Assembly: GCF_009914755.1 (NCBI RefSeq)
Contig: NC_060944.1
Length of the DNA stretch: 64,000 nt
Source: the human T2T-CHM13v2.0 reference genome, Homo sapiens
Strand: one strand, 5' to 3'
How positions within the stretch are numbered: the first letter of the stretch is position 1; the number at the start of each line of letters is the position of its first letter. The notes below the pieces were generated by a model. The model saw only the letters and a list, made by a program, of their open reading frames with translations, did no database searches and was not told the DNA's origin. Positions 45,241 through 64,000 of the stretch are shown piece by piece. The position numbers were made by a program, and so were the translations under genes.

Positions 45241-47400
45241 AAGAGCCATCTATGATAATACCATACTGAATGGGCAAAAGCTGGAAGCATTCCCCTTGAA
45301 AACGAACACAAGACAAAGATGGCCTCTCTCACCACTCCTATTCAAGATAGTGTTGGGAGTTCTGGGCAGGGTAATCAGGCAAGAGAATGAGGTAAAGGGT
45401 ATTCAGCTAGAAAGAGAGGAAGTCAAACTATTTTTGTTTGTAGATGACATGATCCTACACGTAGAAAACCCCATCATCTCAGCCCAGTAGCTTTTCAAGC
45501 TGATAAGCAACTTCAGCAAAGTCTCAGGATACAAAATAAATGCATACAAATCTCTAGCATTGCTATACACCAAAAACAGGCAGGCCGGGAGGCAAGTCAC
45601 AAATGAGCTCTCATTCACAGTTGCCACAAAAAGAATAAAATACTTAGGAATGTGGCTAACAAGGGAAGTGAAGGATCTCTTCAAGGAGACCTACAAACCA
45701 CTGCTCAAGGAAATCAGAGAGGACACAAACAGAGAAACGTTCCGTGCTCATAGATAGGAAGAATCAATATTACAAAAATGGTCATACTGCCCAAAGCAGG
45801 GTATAGATTCAGTACTATTCCTATTAAACTACTATCAACATTCTTCACAGAATTAGAAAAAACTACTTTAAAATTCATATGGAACCAAAAAAGAGCCCAA
45901 ATAGCCAAGACAGTCCTAAGCAAAAAGAACAAAGCTAGAGGCATCACGCTACCTGACTTCAAACTATACTACAAGGCCAAAGTAACCAAAATGGCATGGG
46001 ACTGGTACAAGAACAGACATAGACCAGTGGAACAGAATAGAAAACCCAGAAATAAGTCTGCACACCTACAACCATGTGATCTCCGACAAACCTGGAGATC
46101 ACAAACAAGCAATGGAGAAAGGATTCTCTATTTAATAAATGGTGCTGGGAAAACTGCCTAGTCATATGCAGAAAATTGAAACTGGACCCCTTCCTTACAC
46201 CTTATACACAGATTAACTCAAGATGGATTAAAGATTTTAATGTAAAACCCCAAACTAAAAATCCTGGAAGACAACATACGCAGTACCATTCAGGATCTAG
46301 GCATGGGCAAAGATTTCATGTGAAGATGCCAAAAACAATTGCAACAAAAGCAAAAATTGACAAATGGGATTTAATTACACTAGAGTTTCTGCACAGCCAA
46401 AGAAACTCTCAGCATGAACAGAGAACCTACAGAATGGGAGAAAATTTTTATAATCTATCCATCTGACAAAGGTCTTATATCCAGCATCTATAAGGAACTT
46501 AAATTTACAAGAAAAAACCAAACAACCCCATTAAAAATAGACAAAGGACATGAACAGGCACTTCTCAAAAGAAGACATACATGTGGCCAACAAACATATG
46601 ACAAAAAGCTCAACATTACTCATCACTAATGAGTAATGATGCAAATGCAAATCAAAACCACAATGTGATACCAACTCACACCAGTCTGAATGGCTATCAT
46701 TAAAAAGTCAAAGAACAACAGATGCTGGCGAGGTTATAGAGGAACACTGATACACTGTTGGTGGGAATGTAAATTAGCTCAACCATTGTGGAAGACAGTA
46801 TGACAATGCCTTAAAGACATAGAGGTAAAAATACCGTTTGACCCAGCAATCCTATTACTGGGTGTATACACCCAAATGAATATAAATCATTCTATTATAA
46901 AGATAATAAAAGAAGGCGTATGTTCATTACAGCACTGTTCACAATGGCAAAGACATAGACTCAACCTAAATGCCCACCAATGATAGACTGGATAAAGAAA
47001 ATGTGGTACATATACACCATGCAATACTATGCAGCCATAAAAAGGAACAACATCATGTCCTTTGCAGGGACCCGGATGGAGCTGGAAGCCATTATGCTCG
47101 ACAAACTCTAACGCAGTAACAGAAAACCAAATACCACATGTTCTCACTTTTATGTGGGAGCAGAATGATGAGAACACATGGACACATTGTGGGGAGTAAC
47201 ACACACTGGGCCTGTCAGAAGGTAAGGATGGGAGGAGTGAGAGCATCAGGAAGAATAGCTAATGGATGCTGGGCTCAATACTTAGGTGATGGGTTGATCT
47301 GTGTAGCTGGCCACTACGGCACACGTTTATTTGTCTAACAAAGCTGTGTGTCTTGCACATGCACCCCTGAACTTAAATGAAAGTTGGAAATTAAAAAAAA
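45241..47400 (+). mobile_element. 5'-truncated L1 (L1PA13-16-like), ORF2 3' half plus 3' UTR
   Basis: ORF2 RT-like peptides ([19 protein letters not shown]), 3' UTR GAGAGCATCAGGAAGAATAGCTAATGG; TSD TTGGTCATTTA 45230-45240 / 47403-47413. Confidence 0.93.
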
Positions 47401-48761
47401 ATTTGGTCATTTAGAAAGACTTTATATTTCATATTTTTATACATGTTTATCTGTATTACATACTATAATAAAGGAAGCTAGAGAAAAAGTGCTATTAAGA
47501 TCATAAGAGAAAATCTACTTACTGTTTATTAAGTGGAAGTGGGTCATCACAAAAGTCTTCATCTTCATTGTCTTAACATTGAATAGGCTTAGGAGGATGG
47601 GGGGCTGGTTGGTCCTGCTGTCTCAGGGGTGGCAAAGGCAGAAAAGGTAGAGGGAAGGTAGAGGGGGAGGCAGGCATGCGTGATGCAGCTTCACAGAAAT
47701 ACATTGTAATTTCTGTCTGACTTTTTTGCCTTTTCATTTCTCTAAAAATGTATGGTACCAATGCTTTAATCTTTTTTCCAGTGCTTAGTTTCAGTGCCTA
47801 TGTCATAGAAGGTTCTATGTCATAAATCAAAAACAGTCTTGAATAATAGGAACCCTTCTGCCAGATTGTCTAATGTCAGTTTGTTTTCTGGCACTGCATC
47901 TGGTATGTCTTCTTTCTCATTGTCTGGCACTGGTTTGGAAGCACTCATCTCCATCAAGTTTTCTTCTGTTAATTCCTCTGGTGACCTGGTGTTTGTTAGC
48001 TCTTGAATTTCTCCAGGATCTGCATCTTGAAACCCTTCACCCCCTACCCTTTTTGCCATATTCCCAGTCTCTTTCATGATTTCCTTGATTGACTGTGTCA
48101 TAAATTCTGTGAAGCCATGTGCAACATCTGGACAAAGTTTTCTCCAGCATGAATATTGTTTTGGGCTTGATGGTTTTCATGGCTTTTTCTATAACAGCAG
48201 TGGAATTTTCAGTGGTGTAATTCTTCCAAACTTTCATGATGTTCTATCAGGGTTCTCTTTCATAGCATTCACAGTCTTTTCCATAGAATACTGTGTGTAG
48301 TGCTGCTTAAAGGTCCTTATGACCCCCTGATATAGAAGCTGAATTATAGATACTGTGTTTGGGGGCAAGTAGACCACTTTGATATTTGTGGTGTTGAACT
48401 CATGGGGTTCTGGGTGGCCAGGGGCATTGTACAACCTCAAAATAACTTTAAAAGGCAGTCCCTTACTGGCAAGGTGCTTCCTGATAGGAGCACAGCGTCT
48501 CATTATCTAGGCCTTTCTTGTACAACCAAAAGACTGGCAGCTGGTGTTTATCTTTTTCCTTCAAGGTTTGGAGGTTAGCAGCCTTATAAATGAGGGCAAC
48601 TTTGATCATAAACCTGACTGTATTTGCGTAAAACAGCCTGTCCCTTCCTGTTTTAAATCCTGGTGCTTGCATCTCTTCCTTAATAATGAATGTCTTTTGT
48701 GGCATTTCCCCCGCTTCAGAATAGAGCACTTTTGTCTGCGTTAAAAAGCCTGTTCAAGTAG

Positions 48762-49075
<314 letters not shown>

Positions 49076-49159
49076 CTCCCCTATGATTTTCTTAATGGCA
49101 TCTGGGAATTTGCCTTCTGCCTCTTGGTCAACAGTAGCTTTTTCTACTATTATTGCGAC

Positions 49160-49452
49160 TTTTCTTTTTTTTTAAAGGCAGAGTCTCGCTCTGTCGCCCA
49201 GGCTGGGGTACAGTGGCATGATCTTAGCTCACTGCAACCTTCGCCTCCCAAGTTCAAGTGATTCTTGTACCTCAGCTACCCAGTTAGCTGGGGTTATAGG
49301 CATGTACCCCCGCCCAGCTAAATTTTGTATTTTTAGTAGAGATGGGGTTTCGCCACGTTGGCCAGGCTGGTCTGGAACTCCTGGCCTCAAGTGATCCACC
49401 CTCCTCTGCGTCCCAAAGTGCTGGGATTACAGGTGTGAGCCACCGTACTCAG
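49160..49452 (-). mobile_element. Alu SINE
   Basis: Reverse Alu dimer. Confidence 0.93.
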
Positions 49453-50470
49453 GGTGTGACATATTTTAAGACAGACTTCTTTATAACACATATCAAACCA
49501 TCCTTTGCTGGCATTAAATTCTTCAGCTTTAGATCCTCATCTTCCTTAATGCTTTAAGTTGTCATATAATGACTTTGCTTTTTCTCAGGTCCTATTAGTC
49601 TATAGGTATGCTCATTCTTCTAGCAATCCTGCACTCACATAAAAGCTGCATTTTTAGTATGAGATTATCAGTATGAGATTAAAAGATATTTTGCAAAAAC
49701 TGCAAGGTTTTCGGACCTGCGGGCATAGCTGTAGTGATGCAAATTTTCTTTCCTTTTTTTAATAATGACTCTTAGGCTGGATTCATGTATCTTAAATGGT
49801 GAGGGATTGCAGCTGCAGACCTAAATATCAAGCACTTCAGCTTTTTCTTTTAACGTCATGACTTTTCTCTGCTTCTTGGGAGTACTTCCAGCATTATTAA
49901 TGGCACTTTGTGTGGGTCTGTGATGTTATTCAGGTTTATGGTATTGCACTAAACATGATAAAAAATATGTGACAACTGCAAGAGATCCACTTTTTTACTG
50001 TGATATGCAATTTATTGGAGAGACAGACTGTTTACGCAGAGGTGTTCAGCCTCACACAGCATTTTAAGTGGATACTTGAAATACTTGAGGTCACCGCAAT
50101 AGCAATAGAAGGTGGCTAAGAAATATTACAGTAGTACAGTATGTACTGTGGTTAATTTTGTGCAGTTGTGATTTAGTACTGCCTCTTTACCTTTGTTTAC
50201 CTTTCTCTTGACTGAATGGCGCCATGTATGATCTATAAGTGTGTGCATAAGTTTTGATAAATTTTCATTTTTGTAATAGATTTGGGTATATTTTATGGTA
50301 GTAAATGATGAAATAGACTAGTGTCTACATGTATTTTAAGCATTCATGACATACTTTTTCTTAATTTTCATATTTCTAGACTATGTGGTTTGTCTGCCAG
50401 TTTTTTTTTCAAATTGTTGCAAGTCTCTAAAAAATGTTCCAATATATTTATTGAAAGAATCAATGTATAA

Positions 50471-50822
<352 letters not shown>

Positions 50823-50922
50823 TCAACTGTACTTTCCTAAGATTATTTTGACAACACATCAATTTCATTGTGTATTGCAGTGTGTACCATTAAGTATTAT
50901 GTAAATTGTCCTTATATTAAGC

Positions 50923-51183
50923 TTTTTTTTTTTTTTTTTTTTTTTGAGACGGAGTTTCGCTCTTGTTGCCCAGGCTGGAGTGCCATGGCACTTGACCTTG
51001 TCTCACTGCAACCTCCGCCTCCTGGGTTCAAGCAGTTCTCCTGCCTCAGCCTCCCGAGTCGCTGGGGTTACAGGCGCCTGCCATCACGCCCAGCTAATTT
51101 TTTATATTTTAGTAGAGATGGGTTTCACGATGTTGGCCAGGCTGGTCTCGACCTCAGGTGATCCACCTGCCTCAGGCTCCCAA
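50923..51183 (-). mobile_element. Alu SINE (5'-truncated)
   Basis: Poly-T plus reverse Alu; AAGCTT flanks. Confidence 0.92.
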
Positions 51184-52044
51184 GGAAGCTTGTTTTTAAA
51201 AATATTGTAAAAACAAAACCCCCAAATCTTTCATTTTTTGATATATATAAACATGACTTTGTGTTGACACAAGATGGAAAATTCTTTCTTTATATTTCTT
51301 AAGTCTGTAACTTCATCACATAGTCTACTAGTTTTCTTTTTAACATATTAAATGAATTATGTTAGTAAATAAGGATTTTCCTTAAATACATTTTGGTCAG
51401 CGTGAACAGATATTTTGACATGGGTTACAGATTGGTGGTAGCCAGAGACGACAACTTTTCCTTTCTTGCTCCCCCCTCCCCCCCACCCCCAATAATTTTT
51501 GCATAGGAGAGAGTCTTCTTAATGTCTTCTTTCAGATGTATTCATTTAGTTTATTTTTAAGTTGACAGAGAAATTGTATTTCATAATGTTTTTGTCTTTT
51601 CTGAAATATTTAGTTACTGAATTTTCATCAACGTGTTTAAAACAAGAATTTAAGTATAGCTTATTGATTTATCTAAGCCTTTGATTTGGAACCAGGTTGA
51701 GGATTGCCGATGAAATAAGTAAGAAAATATCGTGCCAGGGCAATGAAAACCTATGAAGATTTTTGAGCAGGAGAGCTACAGAAACTTCAATACGATGAGA
51801 ATAAATTGGCAACAGTTCATACAATAATTTAGAGGGTATGCAGTTTCCACCCCTTAATATCGTTTTTGCTTCTCCAGAGTTAATTCACTTGCCATTTTTT
51901 CCTCCTGCAGATATATCTGTTCTTCTTTCATAGCTTTTCTGTGTTCACTTATCATACCAGTTCCTCATTTAATTTTCTCTGTTTCCTTCAATAACCGAAT
52001 ACATCTGTTCTTTCTTGATTAATCTTTACTTGCTTTTCTTTCTG

Positions 52045-52342
52045 TTTTTTTGTTTTGTTTTGTTTTTTTAGATAGGGTCTTGCTGTTGCCCAGGCTGGAG
52101 TGCAATGGTGCAATCATGGCTCACTGGAACCTTGACCTCCTGGGCTCAATCAATTCTCCTACCTCAGCCTCCTGAGTAGTTGGGACTACAGGTGCACACA
52201 ACCATGCCCAGCAAATTTTTTTTTTTTTTTTTTGTAGAGGTGGGGTTTTACCATGTTGCACAGGCTAGTCTCGAACTCCTGGGCTCAAGCAATTGGCCAT
52301 TCAAAGTGCTGGTATTACAAGTGTGAGCCACTGTGCCCAGCC
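52045..52342 (-). mobile_element. Alu SINE (AluJ-like)
   Basis: Reverse AluJ-type dimer. Confidence 0.92.
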
Positions 52343-52389
52343 CCTTTTCTTGAGTTCTCTTGTTTCCCAATCTACTCTTGTAAATTTAA

Positions 52390-55300
52390 GCTTTTTAATT
52401 ATGGTAAAATATACATAACATAGAATTTGCCATTTTTACTATTTTTAAATGTTCAGTTTAGTGACATTGAGTACATTCACAGTGCTGTGCGACAATCACC
52501 AGTATCCATTTTCACAATTTTTTCATATTCCCAGATAGAAACTTTGAGCTGGGTACAGTGGCTTGCTCCTGTAATCCCAGCTACTCAGGAGGCTGAAGCA
52601 GGAGGATAGCTTGAGGCTAGAAGTTTGAGACCAGCCTTGGCAACATAGTGAGACTTCATCTCTAAAATGAACATTCAAAAAAAACTGGTGGTGTGCACTT
52701 GTTGTCCCACCTATTCAGGAGGCTGAAGTAGGAGGATTGCTTGAACCCAGGAGTTTGAGGCTGCGATGAGCTGTGATTTGCACTACTGTACTCCAGCCTG
52801 GGCAACAGAGTAGACCTCCTCTCTTAAAATGAAATGAAAGAAACTTTGTAAACTTTGTACCCATTAAACAATATCTACACTATACAGTCTTCCTTCTCAC
52901 CTGTCCCCTCTTATTCTTGACTGTCTCTATAAATTTGCCAGTTGTAGATACAATCATGTAAGTGGAATCATAACATGTTTATCTTTCATGTCTAGCTTAT
53001 TTCACTTAGCATAATGCTTTCTGGATTCCTCCATGTTGTAGTATGTGTAAGAATTTTATTATTTTTAAGGCCGAATATTATTACACTGTATGTGTATAGC
53101 ACATTCTGTTTATCCATTTAACTGTTGGATATTTGGGTTGTTTCCACCTTTATCAACTGTGAATAATGCTGCTATGAATATTGGTTTAGAAGTATCTTTT
53201 TAAGTCCCTGTTTTCAATTATTTTGGGTATTAACTAAGAGTGGAATTGCTAGATCACATGGTAATTCTACTTAACTTTTTGAGGAGACACAAAACTTTTC
53301 TGTAGTGGCTATAGTATTTTACATTCCAACCGCCAGTGCTATTCCCACCACCAATGCACAGGGGTTCCAGTTTCTCCATGTTCTTGGCCATTATTTATTT
53401 TCTGTTTTGGTTTTGGTTGTTTGTGCTTTTGATGAGCATCTTTATAGATGCTTATTGGCCATGTGTATTTCTTTGGAGAAGTATCTATTCAAATCCTTTG
53501 TCCATTGTTGAGTTGGATTTCCTTGTTGTAGGAATTCCTTTGTATGTTCTGGATATTAATTCCTTATCAGATATATTATTTGCAGGTGTTTTCTCACACT
53601 TTGTGGGTCGTCTTTTCACTCTCTTAATAGTGTCCTTTGATTGAAAAGTTTTTAATTTTGATGAAGTCCAGTTTATCTGTTTTTTCTCTGGTTGATTGCT
53701 TTTGGTGTATATTCTAGAAGACATTGTTAAATCCAATGTTTCATAAATTTTCTCTTGTTTTCTTCTAAGGGTCTCATTGATTTAGCTTTTGCTTGGTCTT
53801 TGATCCATTTTGTATTAAGTTTTGTATATGGTATAAAGATCCTTTTTGCATGTTGATACCCAGTTTTCCAGTATTTGCTGTTGAAAAGACTTGTCTTTTC
53901 AAGACATTTGAATGGTCTTGGCACTCGTGTTGAAAATCAATTTGAAAAAAACATTCTATTGATTTGTAAATCTCTTGTAATCCAGAACCACATTATTTTG
54001 ATTAATGTAGCTTTGTAGTAAGTTTTGAAATCAGGAAGTGTGAGTCTTCCAACTTTTTCTTTTTGAAGATTGCATAGCTGTTTGGTGTCCCTTGAGATTC
54101 CAAATGAATTTTAGGATTTTTTTTCCCCACAAAAAATACTGTTGGGATGCCGATTATATTGAATCTGTAGATCATTTTGGGTAGTGTTGTCCATCTTCAC
54201 AATATTTAGAGTTCCAATCCATGAACATGCGATGTCTTTCTACTTACTTATGTTTTCTTTAACTTCTTTTAGCACTGTTTTGTAGTTTTCAGTGAATAAT
54301 CTTTCACATCCTTGGTTAAGTATATTACTAATTATTTTATTCTTTGTGATGCTATTGTAAATTGAATTGTTTTCTTAATTTTCTTATCAATGTTCATTGC
54401 AAGTGTACAGAAATGAAACTGATTTTCATGTATTGATTTTGTATCCTGCAGCTTTGATGTATTCAAGCTAACAATTTTTCGGGTTTTCTGCATTTACGAT
54501 CATGTCATCTGTGAACAGAGATAGTTTTACATCTTCCTTTCTAGTTTGAATGTCTTTTATTTCTTTTTCTTGCCTGATTACTCTGGCTAAAACTTCCAAT
54601 ATTATGTTGGCTAGAATAAGTGAAAGTGGACATCATTATTTTGTTTCTGATCTTAAGGAAAATGCTTTCAGTCTTTCACCACTGAGTATTGAGTATTGTA
54701 TTACCTGTGGATTTTTCATATGTCTCCATTATGTTCAAGTTATTCATAGGTTATTGAGGGTTTTTATCATGGGAGGGTGTTGAATTTTGTAAAATGCATT
54801 TTCTATATAAGTTTAGATGATCATGTAGTTCACATCCTTCATTCTTCATGTTGGAGTATTACATTGATTATATTGAACCATCCTTGTATTCTGGGAGTAA
54901 ATCACACTTGGTCACGTTGTGTATTCCTTTTAAGATGCTGCTGAATTCAGTTTGCTAGTATTGAGGATTTTTTTCATTGTGATTCATAAAGGATATTGGT
55001 CTGGTTTTCTTGTATCTTTTTCTGCCTTTGTTATCAGGGTAATGCTGGCTATAAGGATGAATTAGGAAGTATTCTCTTTTCTTTAAATTTCTGGAAGAGT
55101 TTGAGAGGATTGGTGTTAATTCTTCCTTAGATGTTTCAGTAGAATTCATCAGTCAAGCTATGTGGTCTTGGACTTTTTGGTTGTTGTTGGAAGCTTTTGG
55201 TTACTTATTCAGTCTCCTTACTAATTATAGGTCTATTGAAGTTTTCTATTTCTTTGTCAGTTTGGGTAGATTGTGTGCTTCTGTGAATATATTCATTTTA

Positions 55301-55990
55301 TCTAGGTGATCCAACTTTTTGGCATATCATTTTTCATTGTATTCTCATAATTATTTCTGTAGAATCAATAGTAATGTCCTCACTTTAATTTCTGATCATA
55401 GTAATTTGTGTACTCTTTCTTATTTTCTTAATCAATACAGCTAAAGGTTTGTCAATATTGTTGATCTTTTTAAAGAACTAAAATTTTGTTTTGTTGATTT
55501 CCTTTATTTTTTTTTTCTGTTTTATTTATCACCACTCTTATTTTTAGTATTTCCTTCCTTCTGGTAGCTTTGGGTTTAGTTTGTTCTTAAGTTCCTTAGG
55601 TGTAAAGTTACGCTGTTGAAATGAGATCTTCTTATTTAATGTATGCATTTATAGCTCTAAATTTTCTCTTAGCACTGTTTTCACTGCATGCTCTAAGTTT
55701 TGATATGTTGTCTCTATCTCAATGAATTTTCTGATTCCTTTCCCCATTTTTCAGGAGTATGTTGCCTAATTTCCACATATCTTTTAGTTTTCCTTCTGTT
55801 ATTGATTTTTATCTCTTAAGTTATTTCTTCTTTCAGCTAAATTCTGCTTTTGAACCCTCCCATGAATTTTTCATTTTGGTTATTCTTTTTAGCTCCAGAG
55901 TTTCTGGTTGGTTCTTTTCTCTTCGTTGGTCTCATTCAGTTTATACATTGTTTTCCTAATTTTCTTCTAAAGATGATTGTTTTAAAGTCT
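52390..55990 (-). mobile_element. Old L1 (L1MB/L1M) 3' end and ORF2
   Basis: Antisense L1 motifs throughout; ORFs 53485-53736, 53727-53924 and 54955-55149 are ORF2-like. Confidence 0.82.
52547..52840 (+). mobile_element. Alu SINE (AluJ-like)
   Basis: Diverged dimer; TSD AGAAACTTTG. Confidence 0.9.
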
Positions 55991-56357
55991 TCTGTTAATG
56001 TCACTCATCTCATCTGGGTCACCGGAATTGTCATTGAGCAGTGGGCTTGCTGCCCAGTGTGCATAGAAGCAAATATTATGGCACCAGCCTTTGATAAAAG
56101 AAAAAGCTTTATTGCAAGGTTGACTAGCAAGGAGAGAGGAGGCAGTGCTCGAATCTGTCTCCTTAAGCTAGGGTCTGGGGACAGGTTTTATAGGCAGAGT
56201 GACTATGAGGGGAGACAGGAAAATACAATGAGGCATGATCTCATTGGGCTGTTCAGGAGGTAGTGCAGGGACCTTGACCCTTAAATTAACTCTGCAGCAA
56301 AACAGGGCACTCCTTGCTTCTTAATTTGCTCTGCCCTGGGTTCAGTTACTGAGGTTC

Positions 56358-57312
56358 TGTAACTGACCAGAGGGTTCCTGTTGCCTGCTGCCCAGATAGA
56401 GCCTATTTATCAAGACAAGGGAATTGCAATAGAGACAGAGTGTAATACACGTAGAGCTGGCTAAATAGGAGACTGGAGTTTTACTATTACTCAAATTAGC
56501 CTCTCCATAAATTTGGAGCGTAGTGTTTGTTTGTTTTGAGATGGAGTTTTGCTCTGTTGCCCAGGTTGGAGTGCCGTGGCGCAATCTTGGCTTACTGCAA
56601 CCTCTGCCTCCTGGGTTCAAGCGTTTCTCCTGTCTCAGCCTTCTGAGGAGCTGGGACCAGGCACGTGCCACCATGCCCGGCTAATTTTTTGTATATTGTT
56701 TTAGTAGAGATGGGGTTTCACTGTGTTAGCCAAGATGGTCTTGATCTCCTGACTTTGTGATCCGCCCACCTCAGCCTCCCAAAGTGCTGGGATTACAGTT
56801 GTGAGCCACTGCGCCTAGCTGGGTAGTGTTTTTTTGAAAGTAGTTTGGTGGGCAGGGAGCTAGGGAATGGGTGCTGCTGATTGGTTCGGGATGAAATATA
56901 GGGGTGTGGAAAATGGTCCTCATGTGCTGAGTCTGCCACAGGACCATTGAATCATGAGTCTTGGATCTGGGTGGAGCCATCTTGTTGTGAGAAATGCAAA
57001 AGTCTGAAAAGACATTTGCAATCCGAAAAGGCCAATCTTAGGTTCTACAATAGTGATGTTACTTATAGGAGTAATTGGGGAAGTTGCAAATCTTGTATCC
57101 TCCGAATAATGGCTGGTAATTGTTTAACTATACCTACATCTTAGCAGAATTCATGCCTCTGTCATCCTTCTAACCTGGTGGATGGCCTTTTATTAGTTTT
57201 ACAAGTGGTTTAGGTTTGGGGAGGCTATTATCATTTAAACTGTAAACTAAATTTCTTTCAAAATTAGCTCGGGCCATGCCTAGGAATGACCAAGGGCAGT
57301 TTGGAGGTTAAA
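56358..57312 (-). mobile_element. LTR8/LTR8A-like ERV1 LTR containing an Alu
   Basis: TGTAACTGACC…TTTATCAAGACAAGGGAATTGCAATAGAG…GGAGACTGGAGTTTTACTATTACTCAAAT matches recalled LTR8. Confidence 0.8.
56525..56822 (-). mobile_element. Alu SINE
   Basis: TSD GTAGTGTTT. Confidence 0.95.
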
Positions 57313-57422
57313 CTAGAGGTAAATTTGGCTCCTGGATACACCAATCAGGCATGCTGGATTAATCTGCACATGCTCAGGCTTTGTGATTTGCAATCTGGGA
57401 TGTAGATTGCAGTTTGTGATTA

Positions 57423-57735
<313 letters not shown>

Positions 57736-58201
57736 TAAATTTAAAAAGTCCATAAGTCCATTGTCTGGGCTTGTTTGTCATCTTAATTGTTCCTTTGAAT
57801 GGGCCATTGTTTTCTCTTTTGTTGAAAATCAGACATTTGACTATTATGTGGTAACTCTGGGAATCAGATTTCTCCCTTCTTCTGGGTTTGTTGTTTTTCG
57901 TTTTATTTATTGATTGATTGAGTACTTGTTGAAGGCTGTAGTAGTCCATTTGTCCTGAGACTTTCCAAACAATTTTTGCAAAGACTAGTCCTTGTTGTGT
58001 GTGATTATTGAATTCTGTTCCTTTAGTGTGTGTTCAGCTTAAGTTACAGAGATTTCCTCAGGAGTTCTCCCAGTTTTTGCAGTTAGCTCTGTGATGGGTT
58101 ACTCTTTCATCTCTTAAGTAGGCTTCTTTTGAACATAGGGATCATCTTCTTAGGTATTTTCTGAGCATGAATCTTGCTTGGTCATGTACGTGACTTTCTA
58201 A

Positions 58202-58535
<334 letters not shown>

Positions 58536-59687
58536 GCTTTTGAATATTCTTATTTCCCAAAGAGCCTCACCTTATCTTCTCTTTAGGGCCTTACCTAGTC
58601 TTTTGTATTGTCCCAGGGGTCTGTGAGTCTGTAGCGGCCTTGGAACTTTAAGAGCAGGGCCTGCTGCTCTTTTTCACCTGAGTTTTGTGTTAGGCTAAAT
58701 AGAAATGAAAGTCTTACTCAGGCCTTTAGGTATCCCCCAGAAGGGTTAGAACTACAAAGCTACAGAACTTTCCTGCTCTTTGACTGTTTTCCAGCACTTC
58801 AACAAAGTTTGTTCAGGCAGTTTCTCTTTGTTTTTTGATGTTTCTCTGTGGGGAACAAAACCTCAGAGCTTCCTATTTCACTATTTTCCTTGAACTTAAT
58901 AATTTATAATGTGAAAAGCAACTGTGTTAAGTTTGGCTAGAACTAGGTGATATAACAAACCCTCAAGTTAAGTGGCTTAACCCAATAAAGTTTATTTCTA
59001 GTTTACCTGACAGTCCAGAGTGGGTATACATGATTAGTATCAGTGAAGAGGTGGTAGAGGTATAGGAGTGTTTGTGTGTTGGGGCTGGGGGACATTCTGC
59101 TTCACGTAGTCTTTCAGAGACAGAGTTGAATGTCTTTAACATGTTGCCCTGGAGAACCTTAGGGGGAAGGGGAAAGGGAAGGACTGAGTTGGAGGCTGTT
59201 ATGAGCTAGACTTGGAAGTACAGTGGTACACCTGTTTTGACTTACATGTCTTGGGCTAGATCTCAGTCATACGGCCATATTTAATTGAAAGAGAGGCTGA
59301 GAAATGTAAAGTAGTTATATGTTATAGGAAGAGGATGGAACTGGAAAGTGATTTTGGCGAATAGCTAGTAATTTAACCCATATCAATTGCACACAGAACT
59401 TCCTCGAGCTTCCATGTTCTGTTGAAGCAGCTGTAAGATACACATTTTATATTCCATTGAGGAGGAATGAAAAGAGAAAGCATTGCCAATTAAACTATTA
59501 CACAGTGCTTTCTTAGAATAAAGTATTATTTCTTTCAATAAATGCAAATATAAAACTCAGTAAATATAAAAATTATTTTACATTTACTCAGTTTTATCAT
59601 GTATCATCTTTGAACATACGTTGAAAGTATAAGTGAAATAAATTGATTAAATTATTCCTAAAATGTCTTTGTACTCAGAGCCCAATT

Positions 59688-64000
<4,313 letters not shown>

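Overview
Primate (most likely human, chr20p12.1-like) genomic DNA centred on a head-to-head gene pair. The minus strand carries the first coding exon of SEL1L2 (27786-27729, MKPLSLLIEILIILGVTIK, signal-peptide-like), so 1-27728 is SEL1L2 intron 1. The plus strand carries a CpG-island promoter (~32.4-33.7 kb) and MACROD2 coding exons 1 (33016-33061) and 2 (39539-39655); everything downstream is MACROD2 intron 2. The rest is mostly interspersed repeats: about 38 Alus, several L1s, Tigger1/2/3/4 and MADE1 DNA transposons, MaLR and ERV1 LTRs, L2 and MIR. There are three retrocopies: U6, tRNA-Glu(CTC) and a 5'-truncated RPS3. Nearly all ORFs in the supplied track are repeat-derived or chance GC-rich frames. 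I see no novel protein-coding system. The most interesting unexplained structures are (i) an apparent ancient L1 3' transduction nested in an older L1 (15602-16973), (ii) a minus-strand donor/acceptor pair that could link the MACROD2 CpG island to SEL1L2, (iii) an RFX X-box at the SEL1L2 proximal promoter, and (iv) a sense RPS3 retrocopy supplying a poly(A) signal just after MACROD2 exon 2. Gene and repeat identities come from recalled sequences, not database searches. Repeat boundaries are approximate and subfamily calls tentative.
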